From a virus: 64,000 nt of DNA. This document shows, in pieces, positions 8,661-18,509 of the stretch (the stretch's first letter is position 1; each line of letters opens with the position of its first letter). Below the pieces are notes generated by a model, which saw only the letters and a list, made by a program, of their open reading frames with translations, did no database searches and was not told where the DNA came from. The stretch lies in IMG/VR virus record IMGVR_UViG_3300045988_116984; one strand, written 5' to 3'. Made by a program: the position numbers and the translations under genes.

Positions 8661-10034
8661 ATGCCTAAAGAAGTAGGAAAAAGGAACATGGGCAGAGCCA
8701 TGACTGGTGGTGCTGATGGTGTTAGACGTGCCAATCGCGGAGCGCCAAGCAAGGCTCAAATTGCTCTATTGAAACAATATAAGGTTGACCATAACAAAGC
8801 AGGAGTCATAGATAATACCATTGATGGTGTTGTATCTGATTGTATTCTTGATATTAAAGAAGCAATTGACAATATGATTCAATATGGCGACCCAAGCATA
8901 TATAGAGTTCTTCCAAAAGAACTTGATGAAAAGATGCGTGCGTATGGAATGTACGCTCAAGAGTATTTCGGAGAAAGGCTAACAAGTATAAAAGGCCAGC
9001 CAGTCTACATAGTGCCAGTTACATTTAAACAGTGTAGTAAGTGTGGCAAGTTCAAAGACAGAGAGACGGAGTTTTACACAACATATTCAGATGTGTCTGA
9101 CGGAACGTCTCCAATTTGCAAAGATTGTTTGAATGAACTGTTTAAAAGATATATTAAAGAGTATGGTGTAAAAGAGTCTTTGGTGGTTGTTTGTCAAAAG
9201 ATTGATATGCCAGTTATATCAGAGTTTATAAATAAGTATATTGACTATTATAATACACCAGACGGTAAAAGAGACGTCCTTAAAGGAAGTTTCATTGGGA
9301 ACTTTCTGTCCGATGTGTCATTATGGCTTTATACAGGCGAAATCCCTGATTCAGATAAGGAGTTCTGCAAAAGCAATTTACATGGAGAACCATTTAGAGA
9401 TATTGTAGCGAAATCCACATTTGCACAAATCTATGACGATGTTTATTCACAGCCGGACGACGAAGAAGATATAACTTCTCGTAAATATGCCTCTATTTCT
9501 AATCTTAGACAAAAATGGGGGAATTTTGAAGATAAAGACTTGTACTGGCTTGAAGATAAATATGACGAGTGGTATGATAAGTGTGAAATTGATGGATTAT
9601 CAAGAGAAAAACTTGTCATGCAGCTTTGTTATGAGGAGCTTTCAATTGTAAGAACCCGTGAAAAGGGTGGAAATGCAAAAGACAAGGTTAAAAGCTTTCA
9701 GGCCTTGATGAAAGACGCTGAACTTACTCCTAAGAAACAAGCGGCTACTGCTACTGGTGAATCACAATTCACATCTCTTGGTGAGTTTATTAAAGCTGCC
9801 GAAGCAAAGGGGCCAATTATAACAAAGAACAAAGCGTTCAAAGACGTTGATAGCTTTGAAAAGTTTTGGCGCTCTATTGCTGGGGCTATCTCTAAGACGC
9901 TTTGTAGAGATAGTGAGTATGTAAAAGACTTTGAAGAAAACTACAAAGATTATACGGTTGATTTCGTAGGGCCATCGAATACCGAAGAACAGTCTCCGCC
10001 AGTAGAGGTTGGTGAGGCAAATGAAAAAGACTAA
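8661..10034 (+). CDS. putative small terminase / packaging accessory protein with internal zinc ribbon
   Basis: It lies immediately upstream of, and overlaps, the large terminase gene. GGAGGG RBS. It contains CSKCGK...CKDC. The assignment is positional only, and the size (457 aa) is unusually large for a TerS. Confidence 0.35.
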   Translation: MPKEVGKRNMGRAMTGGADGVRRANRGAPSKAQIALLKQYKVDHNKAGVIDNTIDGVVSDCILDIKEAIDNMIQYGDPSIYRVLPKELDEKMRAYGMYAQEYFGERLTSIKGQPVYIVPVTFKQCSKCGKFKDRETEFYTTYSDVSDGTSPICKDCLNELFKRYIKEYGVKESLVVVCQKIDMPVISEFINKYIDYYNTPDGKRDVLKGSFIGNFLSDVSLWLYTGEIPDSDKEFCKSNLHGEPFRDIVAKSTFAQIYDDVYSQPDDEEDITSRKYASISNLRQKWGNFEDKDLYWLEDKYDEWYDKCEIDGLSREKLVMQLCYEELSIVRTREKGGNAKDKVKSFQALMKDAELTPKKQAATATGESQFTSLGEFIKAAEAKGPIITKNKAFKDVDSFEKFWRSIAGAISKTLCRDSEYVKDFEENYKDYTVDFVGPSNTEEQSPPVEVGEANEKD

Positions 10035-11871
10035 ATCCTCACAATTTTGGGGAAACTTTAACGAGTGGATAGATTATTGGAGACTTAACATTCATAGATT
10101 CGTTTTGGAGTATATGGGTGTTAATGTTAAGCTTTTCCAGCAAATACTCCTTTACTTAATGGATTCCCCAAGCTGTAAAAAGGATAATTCTTTTATATTC
10201 TTTGCTTCTCGTGGACTTGGTAAGTCGTTCTTAACAATGGTTTACTGTATAGCAAAGTGTATATTATATCCCGGTATTACAATTAAAGTAGCATCTTCAA
10301 CCATGCATCAGGCAGTTCTGTTCACAGAAAAAGCATATGAGATAAAAAGCGGCAGGCCAAACGTAGAAAGAGAAATAGAGCATATCTCTATTGGCAAAGA
10401 CTCCGCTGAAATAACATTCCTTAACGGCTCTACAATTGAAGCTGTTGTATGTTCGGACAACGCTCGTGGCGCTCGTGCTAATATTCTTATATTGGACGAA
10501 AGCCGCCTTATGAGTAAAATTACAATTCAAAAAGTTCTTATTCCTTTCTTGACAAAATCCAATCGTGACCAGCCATGGGCTATGGATACTCGATTTTCGA
10601 AGTATATGGAAGAAAGAGAACACAACTCTACAATCTATCTTACTTCTATCGGGTATAAAGACGAATGGAGCTATCAAGACTTTAAATATTATTGTGAGTG
10701 TATAGCAGAGGGCGATACGTCAAAGTGTGCTATATCGTTGCCGTATCAATTCGCAATTGAAGCTGGTATAATTAGAAAGTCATATATTGAAAATCAGTTC
10801 CATGATAGGAACGCTGATATTAGTGGGCTTAGAATGGAGTTCGAGGTTATTCCGCATGGTGAATCTGAAAGCGCTATGTTTACTTTTGATGAAGTGAACA
10901 GCGTTAGACAGCTTAGGGTTCCATTGTTACCTCCAACTGATGATGAATATATAGAATGCAAAGGTATTCTGAGGGCATTACCATACTATCAGAAGAAAGA
11001 ACCAAGAGAAATTCGTGTTATAAGCATGGATATCGCTGTTGGCGCTGGTAGAAAGAACGACTTGACAGTTATCACGGTGTTCAGGTGTATTGAAAATATA
11101 GAATACTATGATAAGGAACTAGCCTATATTGAGGTAATGGGTGGCGTAAACCTAGACCAACAGGTTATAAGGCTAAAACAGCTATTTTATGACCTAGAGT
11201 GTGACTATGCTGTGGTTGACGCTGGTGGCGCTATTGGTATTGAAACAATAAATGCTTGTGGTAATATCACAAAAGACATGGTGCGCAATCGAAGATACCC
11301 CGGTTGGAAAACTATGAACAAGGTTGATAAATACGATATGCGTATTTCAGACCCAAACGCAGAACCTGTGTTGTTTCCAATACAGATTTCTGGTGCGGGC
11401 GCATCGGCTATGCAGTATAACATGCTTGTTATAGCGCAACTTGAGTTCCAAAGAAAACGAATCTCTTTGCTTGTTGAAGAAGATACAGCCGTTCAGGAGC
11501 TTAATAAGCGATATAAATATATAACAATGAAAACGAGTAATGACAACTTAATGAGAGATAGGGCAAACAACATGTTTGGTCCGTTTGCCAACACAACACA
11601 ATTGGTTGATGAAGCAATTAAAACTCAAATTGTTAAGTTGCCTAGTGGAAGATGGGTATACGACGAAAAGAATGGGCGTAAGGACAGAATAATCAGTATG
11701 ATTTATGGACTATATTTCATAAATCAACTCGAAGAAGATTTAATTGCTATTAACAAGAGTGTTAATATAAGCGACTATGTTTCTTCAAAGAATTACTCAA
11801 GAAAAAATGGTGTAAACAATCCTTTCGCGTCGAATATTAGAAAATTAGCTGGATTTGGAATGAGAAGATGA
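10021..11871 (+). CDS. terL: terminase large subunit
   Basis: Walker A-like SRGLGKSF, Walker B ILILDESR, and nuclease-domain acidic blocks (ISMDIAVG, AVVDAGGAIG). The ATG at 10021 is preferred over the track start at 10009. Confidence 0.8.
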   Translation: MKKTKSSQFWGNFNEWIDYWRLNIHRFVLEYMGVNVKLFQQILLYLMDSPSCKKDNSFIFFASRGLGKSFLTMVYCIAKCILYPGITIKVASSTMHQAVLFTEKAYEIKSGRPNVEREIEHISIGKDSAEITFLNGSTIEAVVCSDNARGARANILILDESRLMSKITIQKVLIPFLTKSNRDQPWAMDTRFSKYMEEREHNSTIYLTSIGYKDEWSYQDFKYYCECIAEGDTSKCAISLPYQFAIEAGIIRKSYIENQFHDRNADISGLRMEFEVIPHGESESAMFTFDEVNSVRQLRVPLLPPTDDEYIECKGILRALPYYQKKEPREIRVISMDIAVGAGRKNDLTVITVFRCIENIEYYDKELAYIEVMGGVNLDQQVIRLKQLFYDLECDYAVVDAGGAIGIETINACGNITKDMVRNRRYPGWKTMNKVDKYDMRISDPNAEPVLFPIQISGAGASAMQYNMLVIAQLEFQRKRISLLVEEDTAVQELNKRYKYITMKTSNDNLMRDRANNMFGPFANTTQLVDEAIKTQIVKLPSGRWVYDEKNGRKDRIISMIYGLYFINQLEEDLIAINKSVNISDYVSSKNYSRKNGVNNPFASNIRKLAGFGMRR

Positions 11872-12323
11872 TTTATAAAATATCTTTCAAAGACGACAAT
11901 CGACCAGAGTATCGTGTACTAATGGACACTATGGCTAGAGTCGGTGATTATTGTTATAGCGCAAAAGACTTTTTCTTAGACACGGACAAGACATTTGAAG
12001 AAATGCGCGCCTTGTTTAATGACGGACTTATTGAAGAAATAGGCCCGTCTTATAATTTGTCAACGTGTTCTGAACTCGTTAGAAATTGGTGTAACGAAAA
12101 GTTCGCTATGAAAGCATTAAGAGAGTTCGAGCAAAGCGACGAAGGACAAAGCAGAATGAGAGAAATTCTGGCATATTTAGATGCCATAGAAGAAAAGAGA
12201 AGAAAGGAGGGGGTTAAGGTAAATGGCAAGACAGGTTCAAAGAGAAACACAAAGCACAAAGCCGACAAGCAGCCAGAAACAAAACAATGCGTCGAGCCAG
12301 CCAGTAAGCGTTCAACAAGTTGA
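11868..12323 (+). CDS. hypothetical protein
   Basis: ATGA overlap with the terL stop. The basic C-terminal tail overlaps the next ORF by about 100 nt. Confidence 0.4.
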   Translation: MIYKISFKDDNRPEYRVLMDTMARVGDYCYSAKDFFLDTDKTFEEMRALFNDGLIEEIGPSYNLSTCSELVRNWCNEKFAMKALREFEQSDEGQSRMREILAYLDAIEEKRRKEGVKVNGKTGSKRNTKHKADKQPETKQCVEPASKRSTS

Positions 12324-14091
12324 AAACCGCTGGAAACAGGTATTTAGCAGCCCTGTTGGTGCTGGTTTTGGTGGCGTATATCCCGGCGGATATATGCTTA
12401 ATGTCGGTGCTAGTTTTGTAAACGACCCATATCTCCTTAATTCTAGGATTAAACAACTATCTACACGTTCTTCTTTCACCGATAGAGATAAAATAGAGGA
12501 ATCATTAAAGAACCCTGAAAATAATGAGTTCTTGCTTCGTGAAGCAACTCATAGCATGATTTATCTCACATATCCTCTTTATAGGCTTCAAATGCTTTAT
12601 GAGGGAATCTTAAAGTATAGAAGTTACATAGAGCCAAGATATGTTAAGAAAGAGGAAATGAATACCCCTCGTTTTAAGTCTGACTGGAAACTCGTAGACA
12701 TGTGGCAAAAGAAGCTCAATCCGCAGAAGCAATTCCGCAGGATTGTAGCAGAGGTTATTCCAGAGGGCAAGAGGGCATATTATCTTAGGCAATCTTATAA
12801 TAGCACAACAGACAAAGAGGGAGTAAACTACGTTCACTTCCAAGTTCTTCCGAGCGATTGGTATAAGATTATCAAACACTCTACTGACAGTTATGAAGTA
12901 GTTGCTTTTAACTTTGCCTACTTTTGGCAGGCCGGTACGGAGCTTGGACAATTCCCGGCTATATTCACAAAATATTATGCGGAATTGATGGACGCAACGA
13001 CTGTGGATGAAAAGGGGCATAGATGGATTGACCCATATAAAACTCCAGAGGATGTTGTTGTTGAGTACAATCAGGACACTATGTCATGGTTCTATTGGAA
13101 AGAGCTTCCTGCTGATGAATGCTTTGTATTCTCGTTCACAGAATCTGACGATTTACAAATATCGCCTTTTGCCTCCTTGTTGTTACAGGCACAAGATTTG
13201 GCTTCTTACTCATTGCTTCAACAGCAACTTTTGACAGTTCCGCTTTATTCAATGCTTCTTGGTGAAATGCCATTGCATGACGATAATAAGTCGGGCACAT
13301 ATACAGACGATTTTAGATTATCGCCAGAAGCTGTAAATGCATTTGAACAGAAAGTCAATTCCAGTATGCCTCCGGGAACAACTTATAATATCGTTCCGTC
13401 AGAGAACAATACACTTTATCACTTCCAAGAAATTCCCAACGCTGGCGAAATCTATAATAAGGGATTACAACAGCTTATCAATACGTCTGGAGCTTCTACA
13501 CTTATGACGACAACAGAGAAACCGTCAGTTGCTCAGGTTGCTGCTGGTAAGGTTATAGAGACAAGATTTATTGATAGAATGTATGACCAATTTGCTTGGG
13601 CATGTAATATAACCCTTGAAAAGATGTACAATCTTGGAGACTTGAAATTCCGTTGGCAATTCTATATTCATGGCGATGCTTTCAGTGAAAAGGACGAAGT
13701 GTCTGCTGTTGAAAAGAGCTTGTCTATGGGGCAAGTAGAGCTTCTGCCAAAATATTTGTCTTATCACGACAAGACGCTTTTGGACGCTGTAACGGATATT
13801 GAGTGGGTTGAGAGTTCTGGCATCTATGACAAATTCAAGCCTCTTGTCAATACGTTTGGAATGTCTAATAAAGACACGAAAACTTCTGGTAGACCAAAAA
13901 TGGATTTAGACAAGATAGAAAATGATAATACAGCAAACAGTGTTGATTCGGGAACAAATACTTCCGATACTCGCTTTTCTTTAAAACATTGTGCTGTGTG
14001 TGGCGGAGAAATATCGGATGAATATTATCCGTTTTGTAGCGAAGAATGCAAAGAATCTTATATAGAGGAACATCATAACGACTATGAGTAA
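12223..14091 (+). CDS. putative portal protein with C-terminal CxxC...CxxxC tail
   Basis: 622 aa in the canonical position after terL. The C-terminus has CAVCGG...CSEEC. No portal motif was verified by eye. Confidence 0.55.
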   Translation: MARQVQRETQSTKPTSSQKQNNASSQPVSVQQVENRWKQVFSSPVGAGFGGVYPGGYMLNVGASFVNDPYLLNSRIKQLSTRSSFTDRDKIEESLKNPENNEFLLREATHSMIYLTYPLYRLQMLYEGILKYRSYIEPRYVKKEEMNTPRFKSDWKLVDMWQKKLNPQKQFRRIVAEVIPEGKRAYYLRQSYNSTTDKEGVNYVHFQVLPSDWYKIIKHSTDSYEVVAFNFAYFWQAGTELGQFPAIFTKYYAELMDATTVDEKGHRWIDPYKTPEDVVVEYNQDTMSWFYWKELPADECFVFSFTESDDLQISPFASLLLQAQDLASYSLLQQQLLTVPLYSMLLGEMPLHDDNKSGTYTDDFRLSPEAVNAFEQKVNSSMPPGTTYNIVPSENNTLYHFQEIPNAGEIYNKGLQQLINTSGASTLMTTTEKPSVAQVAAGKVIETRFIDRMYDQFAWACNITLEKMYNLGDLKFRWQFYIHGDAFSEKDEVSAVEKSLSMGQVELLPKYLSYHDKTLLDAVTDIEWVESSGIYDKFKPLVNTFGMSNKDTKTSGRPKMDLDKIENDNTANSVDSGTNTSDTRFSLKHCAVCGGEISDEYYPFCSEECKESYIEEHHNDYE

Positions 14092-14269
14092 TAAGAAAAA
14101 CTGTCAGCATGTTGATTCAAACGGACATTCCACCATAATTTTTTCACATAAGAAATGGACTGGTGTATATCCGCCAAAAGTCAAAGGAATTTGTAAAATC
14201 TGTAAAGAACAAATTGAAATGACAGAGAGTGAATATAAAGAATTTATAAAAGAGGGTGAGTTATCTTGA
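14084..14269 (+). CDS. small Cys-containing hypothetical protein
   Basis: 61 aa. Contains a CQH... and CKICK pattern. Overlaps its neighbours by a few nt. Confidence 0.35.
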   Translation: MSNKKNCQHVDSNGHSTIIFSHKKWTGVYPPKVKGICKICKEQIEMTESEYKEFIKEGELS

Positions 14270-14781
14270 AACTGATTTCTGACAGAATGGAATCAGCGCT
14301 CACTGGGTTATACGGATTGTGCTTTACTGGAAATAGTATTTGTGACAACTTGGTAACACAACTTGGAGTAAAGTTTGTAATGCCAAGAACATCGGATATT
14401 ATTCATTATGAGATGGCGCATGAATTTCCGCTTCTTGGTGATGATATTGCTGAATATGCTGCTGCTCGTAATTCATATTTGCATAGACCAGCTGTTGCAG
14501 CTCATATGGAAGAATATGAAAACTTGACATCTATGTTTGCATCATTGCTTGATTTTATGATTGCCTTTGAAAAAGAAGTCGGAAAAGTCATTGATTTGGC
14601 AATTGCTGAGGATGACAAACAAACATTAAAACATCTCGATAAGTTTATTAGAAAGCTTGTTCCATTTACAGAAATGGCGCTTGGTTTTGTTGATTATGTT
14701 GAGATGAATGGTGATACACCTACTCAGTGGATGCAGATGGATTCTAATATCAATAAGTTTTTTGGTATTAAAAAGAAATGA
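14266..14781 (+). CDS. hypothetical head-module protein
   Basis: 171-aa ORF that is tightly packed with its neighbours. Helical-looking. No confident family call. Confidence 0.4.
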   Translation: MKLISDRMESALTGLYGLCFTGNSICDNLVTQLGVKFVMPRTSDIIHYEMAHEFPLLGDDIAEYAAARNSYLHRPAVAAHMEEYENLTSMFASLLDFMIAFEKEVGKVIDLAIAEDDKQTLKHLDKFIRKLVPFTEMALGFVDYVEMNGDTPTQWMQMDSNINKFFGIKKK

Positions 14782-14809
14782 TTTGTATACATAGAGGGGT
14801 GGTGATTGG

Positions 14810-16597
14810 ATGCCAAAAGTATTTTCAATGCCTGTATCTAAAATAGACGTTGAAGAAATTAACAACGGAGATTTCTTGAAGCTCAAGTTGTATGCTATTT
14901 CTGATACAGTCAACAGAAACGGCTCAGAGTTCCTGAGAGATGGTTTTGAGGAATCCATTCCCACAATTTATAATAAACCAATTCTCGCCTATTTTAATAA
15001 AAAGATTGGAGACGCAGAAGAGCATAATTCTAGAATGGATATTGACCAATACGGTGACACTTTCTATGATTATGACTATGATGGCGCTGAAAAGCCGGTT
15101 GGCGTAATTCCTGAAAGTGCTGATATTTATATTGAGGCAGTTGATGGGAAGAATTGGGTTGTTATTAATTCAGCCTATGTTTGGGTGGAATACAATAAAC
15201 GCCTTATTGAAGTTATTAAACGGCAAATTACAAAGAAAGTAAGTGTCGAAATAGAGGCTATTGACTCGTGGGAAGAGGATGGGATTGAGAAAATTAGAGT
15301 TTGGAAGTTCTTGGGCATTACTATATTAGGTAAAGATAAATATGGTAATCCTATTGAAGAGGGTATAGAGGGAGCTAAATTAGTTCTTGATGGTTATGAA
15401 AACTCTAATACATTTAACACTTATAAGTCAAAATTTAGATTTGCTATAAGTGGAAATAGAGACACATATTCTTCTGATATACTTGAAAAATATGGTGTAA
15501 CATCTAGCGGTGAAAAAAACATGTTTTCAAAACAAGATAAGTATGGGACCGGAAAGCCAATTTCGGTTGATAAATCAAAAGAGGCAGTTTCTAATGATTC
15601 TTGGGGAGATGTGGATAAGACTTCCCTTAGAAATACAGTTTTAGAAGCTAAAAACTACAAAACGCTTGTAAAATCGGTATATCTTGATGTACAAGACGGA
15701 TGGGAAGAATCTCCATCTGAAAAGCTCAAATATCCGGTTATGCAATATAAAAATGGCAAATTCGTTTATAATGCTGGTGGACTGTTGAGCGCACAACAGT
15801 ACGGAGAAAAATATGACGAAAGCGTTGCCAAAAAGGCTTTAACAATTCGTAAAAGACTTGGACTGGTGAAGTCAGAAAAGGAGGAAAAGATGAAGAAATT
15901 TATTGAAGCAGCCAAAATTTCTGGCTTTGCTTATCTCGGACTTTATAATGGCAAACTTGCTTTTGCTCAAGAGTGCGATTGTGACAAAGAAGAAATGGCT
16001 GAGGACAAATCTGAACTTTGTTTGTTCGAGGTTGATAAAGAACTTGCTGAGAATTATTCCGAGGGCGAAGAGTTTGCTTGGGACGAAATTACAGGACGTT
16101 CTGTTGATTTGACCACTCGTGATGATGGTAATAAAACCGATTATGCTGAAGATGACGAAGATGAATCGGATAAGCATGATGATGACGACGACGACAAAGA
16201 TGACGACGAGGAAAAAGAGGAACTGAAAAAGAAAGTGGAATCTCTTGAGAAAGAGAAGTGCGAAATGGCTCAACGCTGTGAAGCTGCTGAAAAAGAGTTA
16301 GAGGAAATTCGCATGGCTCAATTCAAGGAAGATACTGATGCTATCCTTGCCGACGAAAACGAAGATATGGATGAAAAGACACATGAGGAGCTTGTTAAGA
16401 TGCGCGACGAGGGCAAGTTTGCTTGTGTTGAAGATTTTGCCAAAGAAGTAGCATACAGAAAGTATCTTGCTTCTAAAGAAGAAAAGAAAGAAATGTCCAA
16501 AAAAGAGCAGAAACTTTCTTTCGGCCTTTCTAATAATAAAACTGAACCCAGCACGTCAAAGAAAAATGTTTTGATTGACAAGCTGGCTAAAATTTAA
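14810..16597 (+). CDS. putative scaffolding / prohead-maturation protein (acidic coiled-coil C-terminal half)
   Basis: It lies between the portal and capsid genes. The C-terminal half is extremely acidic (DDEDESDKHDDDDDDKDDDEEKEE) and coiled-coil-like. Confidence 0.45.
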   Translation: MPKVFSMPVSKIDVEEINNGDFLKLKLYAISDTVNRNGSEFLRDGFEESIPTIYNKPILAYFNKKIGDAEEHNSRMDIDQYGDTFYDYDYDGAEKPVGVIPESADIYIEAVDGKNWVVINSAYVWVEYNKRLIEVIKRQITKKVSVEIEAIDSWEEDGIEKIRVWKFLGITILGKDKYGNPIEEGIEGAKLVLDGYENSNTFNTYKSKFRFAISGNRDTYSSDILEKYGVTSSGEKNMFSKQDKYGTGKPISVDKSKEAVSNDSWGDVDKTSLRNTVLEAKNYKTLVKSVYLDVQDGWEESPSEKLKYPVMQYKNGKFVYNAGGLLSAQQYGEKYDESVAKKALTIRKRLGLVKSEKEEKMKKFIEAAKISGFAYLGLYNGKLAFAQECDCDKEEMAEDKSELCLFEVDKELAENYSEGEEFAWDEITGRSVDLTTRDDGNKTDYAEDDEDESDKHDDDDDDKDDDEEKEELKKKVESLEKEKCEMAQRCEAAEKELEEIRMAQFKEDTDAILADENEDMDEKTHEELVKMRDEGKFACVEDFAKEVAYRKYLASKEEKKEMSKKEQKLSFGLSNNKTEPSTSKKNVLIDKLAKI

Positions 16598-16612
16598 GGA
16601 GGAAAACTAATT

Positions 16613-17224
16613 ATGGCTAATAAACACTTTTTTCAGCCTGTGAGAATGGAGTCTCAGTACGTTGACACAAAACTTCAGACTGTTATGTTCCAGGCCGATT
16701 CGGCTAATGCCGCTTGCTATGATGGCGAGCTTGCTGTTCTGGGTGATTTTGTTCAGGACCCCGTATATTTGAGCGCTTTTACCGCTGCTGGCGCTGCGGC
16801 TTCCGCTCCCGTTGATTTCAATACTCGCGCTGCTACTGTTCCTGCCGCTGCTACTGCTGTTGGCGTTGGTGTTATTGACCTCCCGACCGTTCCTATGGCT
16901 ACTGGTGCTGGCGTGGCATATCGCATGGGCTACAAGACGATTGGCCTGACCGCCGAAGCTGGTGTGCCTGTGCGTTTCCGTAAGCTTGTTGTGGACGACA
17001 CGTTTGCCACTGGTGAGGAAAACTGCACAGCCGCTCTGACTGTTGGGCAGTATGCCGTTCTTGCTACTGGCGGTGACGCTGGTAAGTGGGCACCCGCTGC
17101 TGATGCCGCTGCTACTGGTTGCTATGCTAAGGTTATTAGCAAGTATATCGTGTCTCAGGGCGTTGATGGTAAGGTAACAGATGATGGCGTACAGGCTTAT
17201 ATGCTTTGCGTCATGGCTAACTAA
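16613..17224 (+). CDS. Ala-rich head protein (decoration-like by position)
   Basis: It sits directly upstream of the capsid gene, as lambda D does relative to E. AGGAGG RBS. GCT-rich codon usage is shared with the capsid gene. Confidence 0.3.
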   Translation: MANKHFFQPVRMESQYVDTKLQTVMFQADSANAACYDGELAVLGDFVQDPVYLSAFTAAGAAASAPVDFNTRAATVPAAATAVGVGVIDLPTVPMATGAGVAYRMGYKTIGLTAEAGVPVRFRKLVVDDTFATGEENCTAALTVGQYAVLATGGDAGKWAPAADAAATGCYAKVISKYIVSQGVDGKVTDDGVQAYMLCVMAN

Positions 17225-17255
17225 TTAAAGGAAAGGAAAGAGAGGTAATAGAATT

Positions 17256-18431
17256 ATGGCTAACATTAGACAATTCTATGCTTTAAATACTTCCGACAAG
17301 AATTTCTCTATGCTCGATGACGAGCAGAAAGCTCTTGTTGAGGGCGGTTTTAAAGTTGCTAAACAGTACATGGCAGAGCGCATGAAGGATTCCAAGAAGG
17401 ACCTTTTTGCCGCTATCAATGACACCACTATCGACAGCCGCAAGGAACTGAACGATATGGTTGTTGAGAAGATTGCTAAGTATAGTGCGAAACGTGCTGG
17501 CGGTATCAATGTTGAGAATTTTGCTCTGGCGGATGTTGCTAACCCTAACGTACATAACGACCTTATCTTCAAGCGCACGTTTGCCGCTGTTCTGGCGCAG
17601 ATTATGACTCCGGTTGTTCCGGCTATGATTTCCACTTCTTTCATGGACTTCGCTGATGTTGCTAACATCGGTTGGGGCGATACTGCTCGCTTCAAGGTGA
17701 ACTCCAACGATACGTTCTTCGTGACCCGTCTGGCCGAGGGTATTCTCCATGGTTCTGTTCAGAGAACGTACAACAACGAAATCACCGTCAACCCCGAACC
17801 CTACAACATTATGACGGCTGTTGACTGGTATCAGGTTGCTGCTGGTATGTTTGACCTTGGTGAGTTCGTGTACAAAGTTGGTATTTCTTACAATGCTTAC
17901 ATCACCCAGATGGTGATTCAGGCTATCGGTGCCAACATCACTGCCAACGCTGGTACTTCTTACATCGTGAACGGTTTTGCGACTTCTACGTTCGTGAAGC
18001 TGGCTGAAATCCTGCGTGCTGCTAACGGCGGTGCTAAGATTCGTGCTTATGGTACTCTGGCTGCTCTTAGCAACGTGATTCCGTCTGGTACTACGAATGC
18101 TAACCTGCAGATGGGCCTTGGTGAGGAATGGGCGCGTGTTGGCCACTTGGGCACGTTCATGGATGTTGACCTTGTGCGTATTCCGCAGATTCTTCTGCCC
18201 AATACTGTCAATACCACTCCGCTGACTGGCATCCCCGATTCTACAATCTATCTGTTTGCTGATGGTGGTTACAAGCCGGTGAAGCTCGTGTTCGAGGGTA
18301 GCGCTCTGACCACGGACATTGTTCCGACCGAGGCTCCTGACAAGGAAATGGGCATCAGCCTAACGCTTAGAATGGGTACAACGTTTATCGCTGCTTCTAA
18401 GTATGGTGCTATTACGGGCGTTAGCGCGTAA
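17256..18431 (+). CDS. putative major capsid protein
   Basis: 391 aa with a strong RBS and highly biased (GCT/GGT/ACT) codon usage, followed by a strong hairpin terminator. The position is canonical. Confidence 0.6.
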   Translation: MANIRQFYALNTSDKNFSMLDDEQKALVEGGFKVAKQYMAERMKDSKKDLFAAINDTTIDSRKELNDMVVEKIAKYSAKRAGGINVENFALADVANPNVHNDLIFKRTFAAVLAQIMTPVVPAMISTSFMDFADVANIGWGDTARFKVNSNDTFFVTRLAEGILHGSVQRTYNNEITVNPEPYNIMTAVDWYQVAAGMFDLGEFVYKVGISYNAYITQMVIQAIGANITANAGTSYIVNGFATSTFVKLAEILRAANGGAKIRAYGTLAALSNVIPSGTTNANLQMGLGEEWARVGHLGTFMDVDLVRIPQILLPNTVNTTPLTGIPDSTIYLFADGGYKPVKLVFEGSALTTDIVPTEAPDKEMGISLTLRMGTTFIAASKYGAITGVSA

Positions 18432-18446
18432 TTGAGTAATATAATA

Positions 18447-18468
18447 GGGGGACTCTTTTGAGTCCCCC
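18447..18468 (+). terminator. hairpin terminator after capsid gene
   Basis: GGGGGACTC-TTTT-GAGTCCCCC perfect 9-bp stem. The downstream T-tract (ATATATT) is weak. Confidence 0.55.
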
Positions 18469-18509
18469 ATATATTAAATGAGAAAAAGGAATAAAAGGAG
18501 AACAACATT

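Noticed and set aside
8528-8752. 74-aa minus-strand ORF.
   Set aside because: It overlaps the tRNA-Thr gene and the start of the packaging gene on the opposite strand.
17283-18146. 287-aa minus-strand ORF entirely inside the capsid gene. Similar long antisense ORFs lie at 23730..24131, 29381..29977, 30125..30523 and 42000..42452.
   Set aside because: All lie antisense to Ala/Gly/Thr/Val-rich, GCN/GGN/ACN-biased structural genes, where stop codons are rare on the opposite strand. Their products are low-complexity Ser/Arg/Thr-rich strings, and they have no RBS. They are a compositional artefact.
16613-18431. G+C- and GCT-rich islands (also 22675-24162) as horizontally acquired DNA.
   Set aside because: The bias coincides exactly with the most abundant virion proteins (capsid, decoration-like, tail tube, collagen-like fibre). 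It is better explained by amino-acid composition and expression-linked codon usage.
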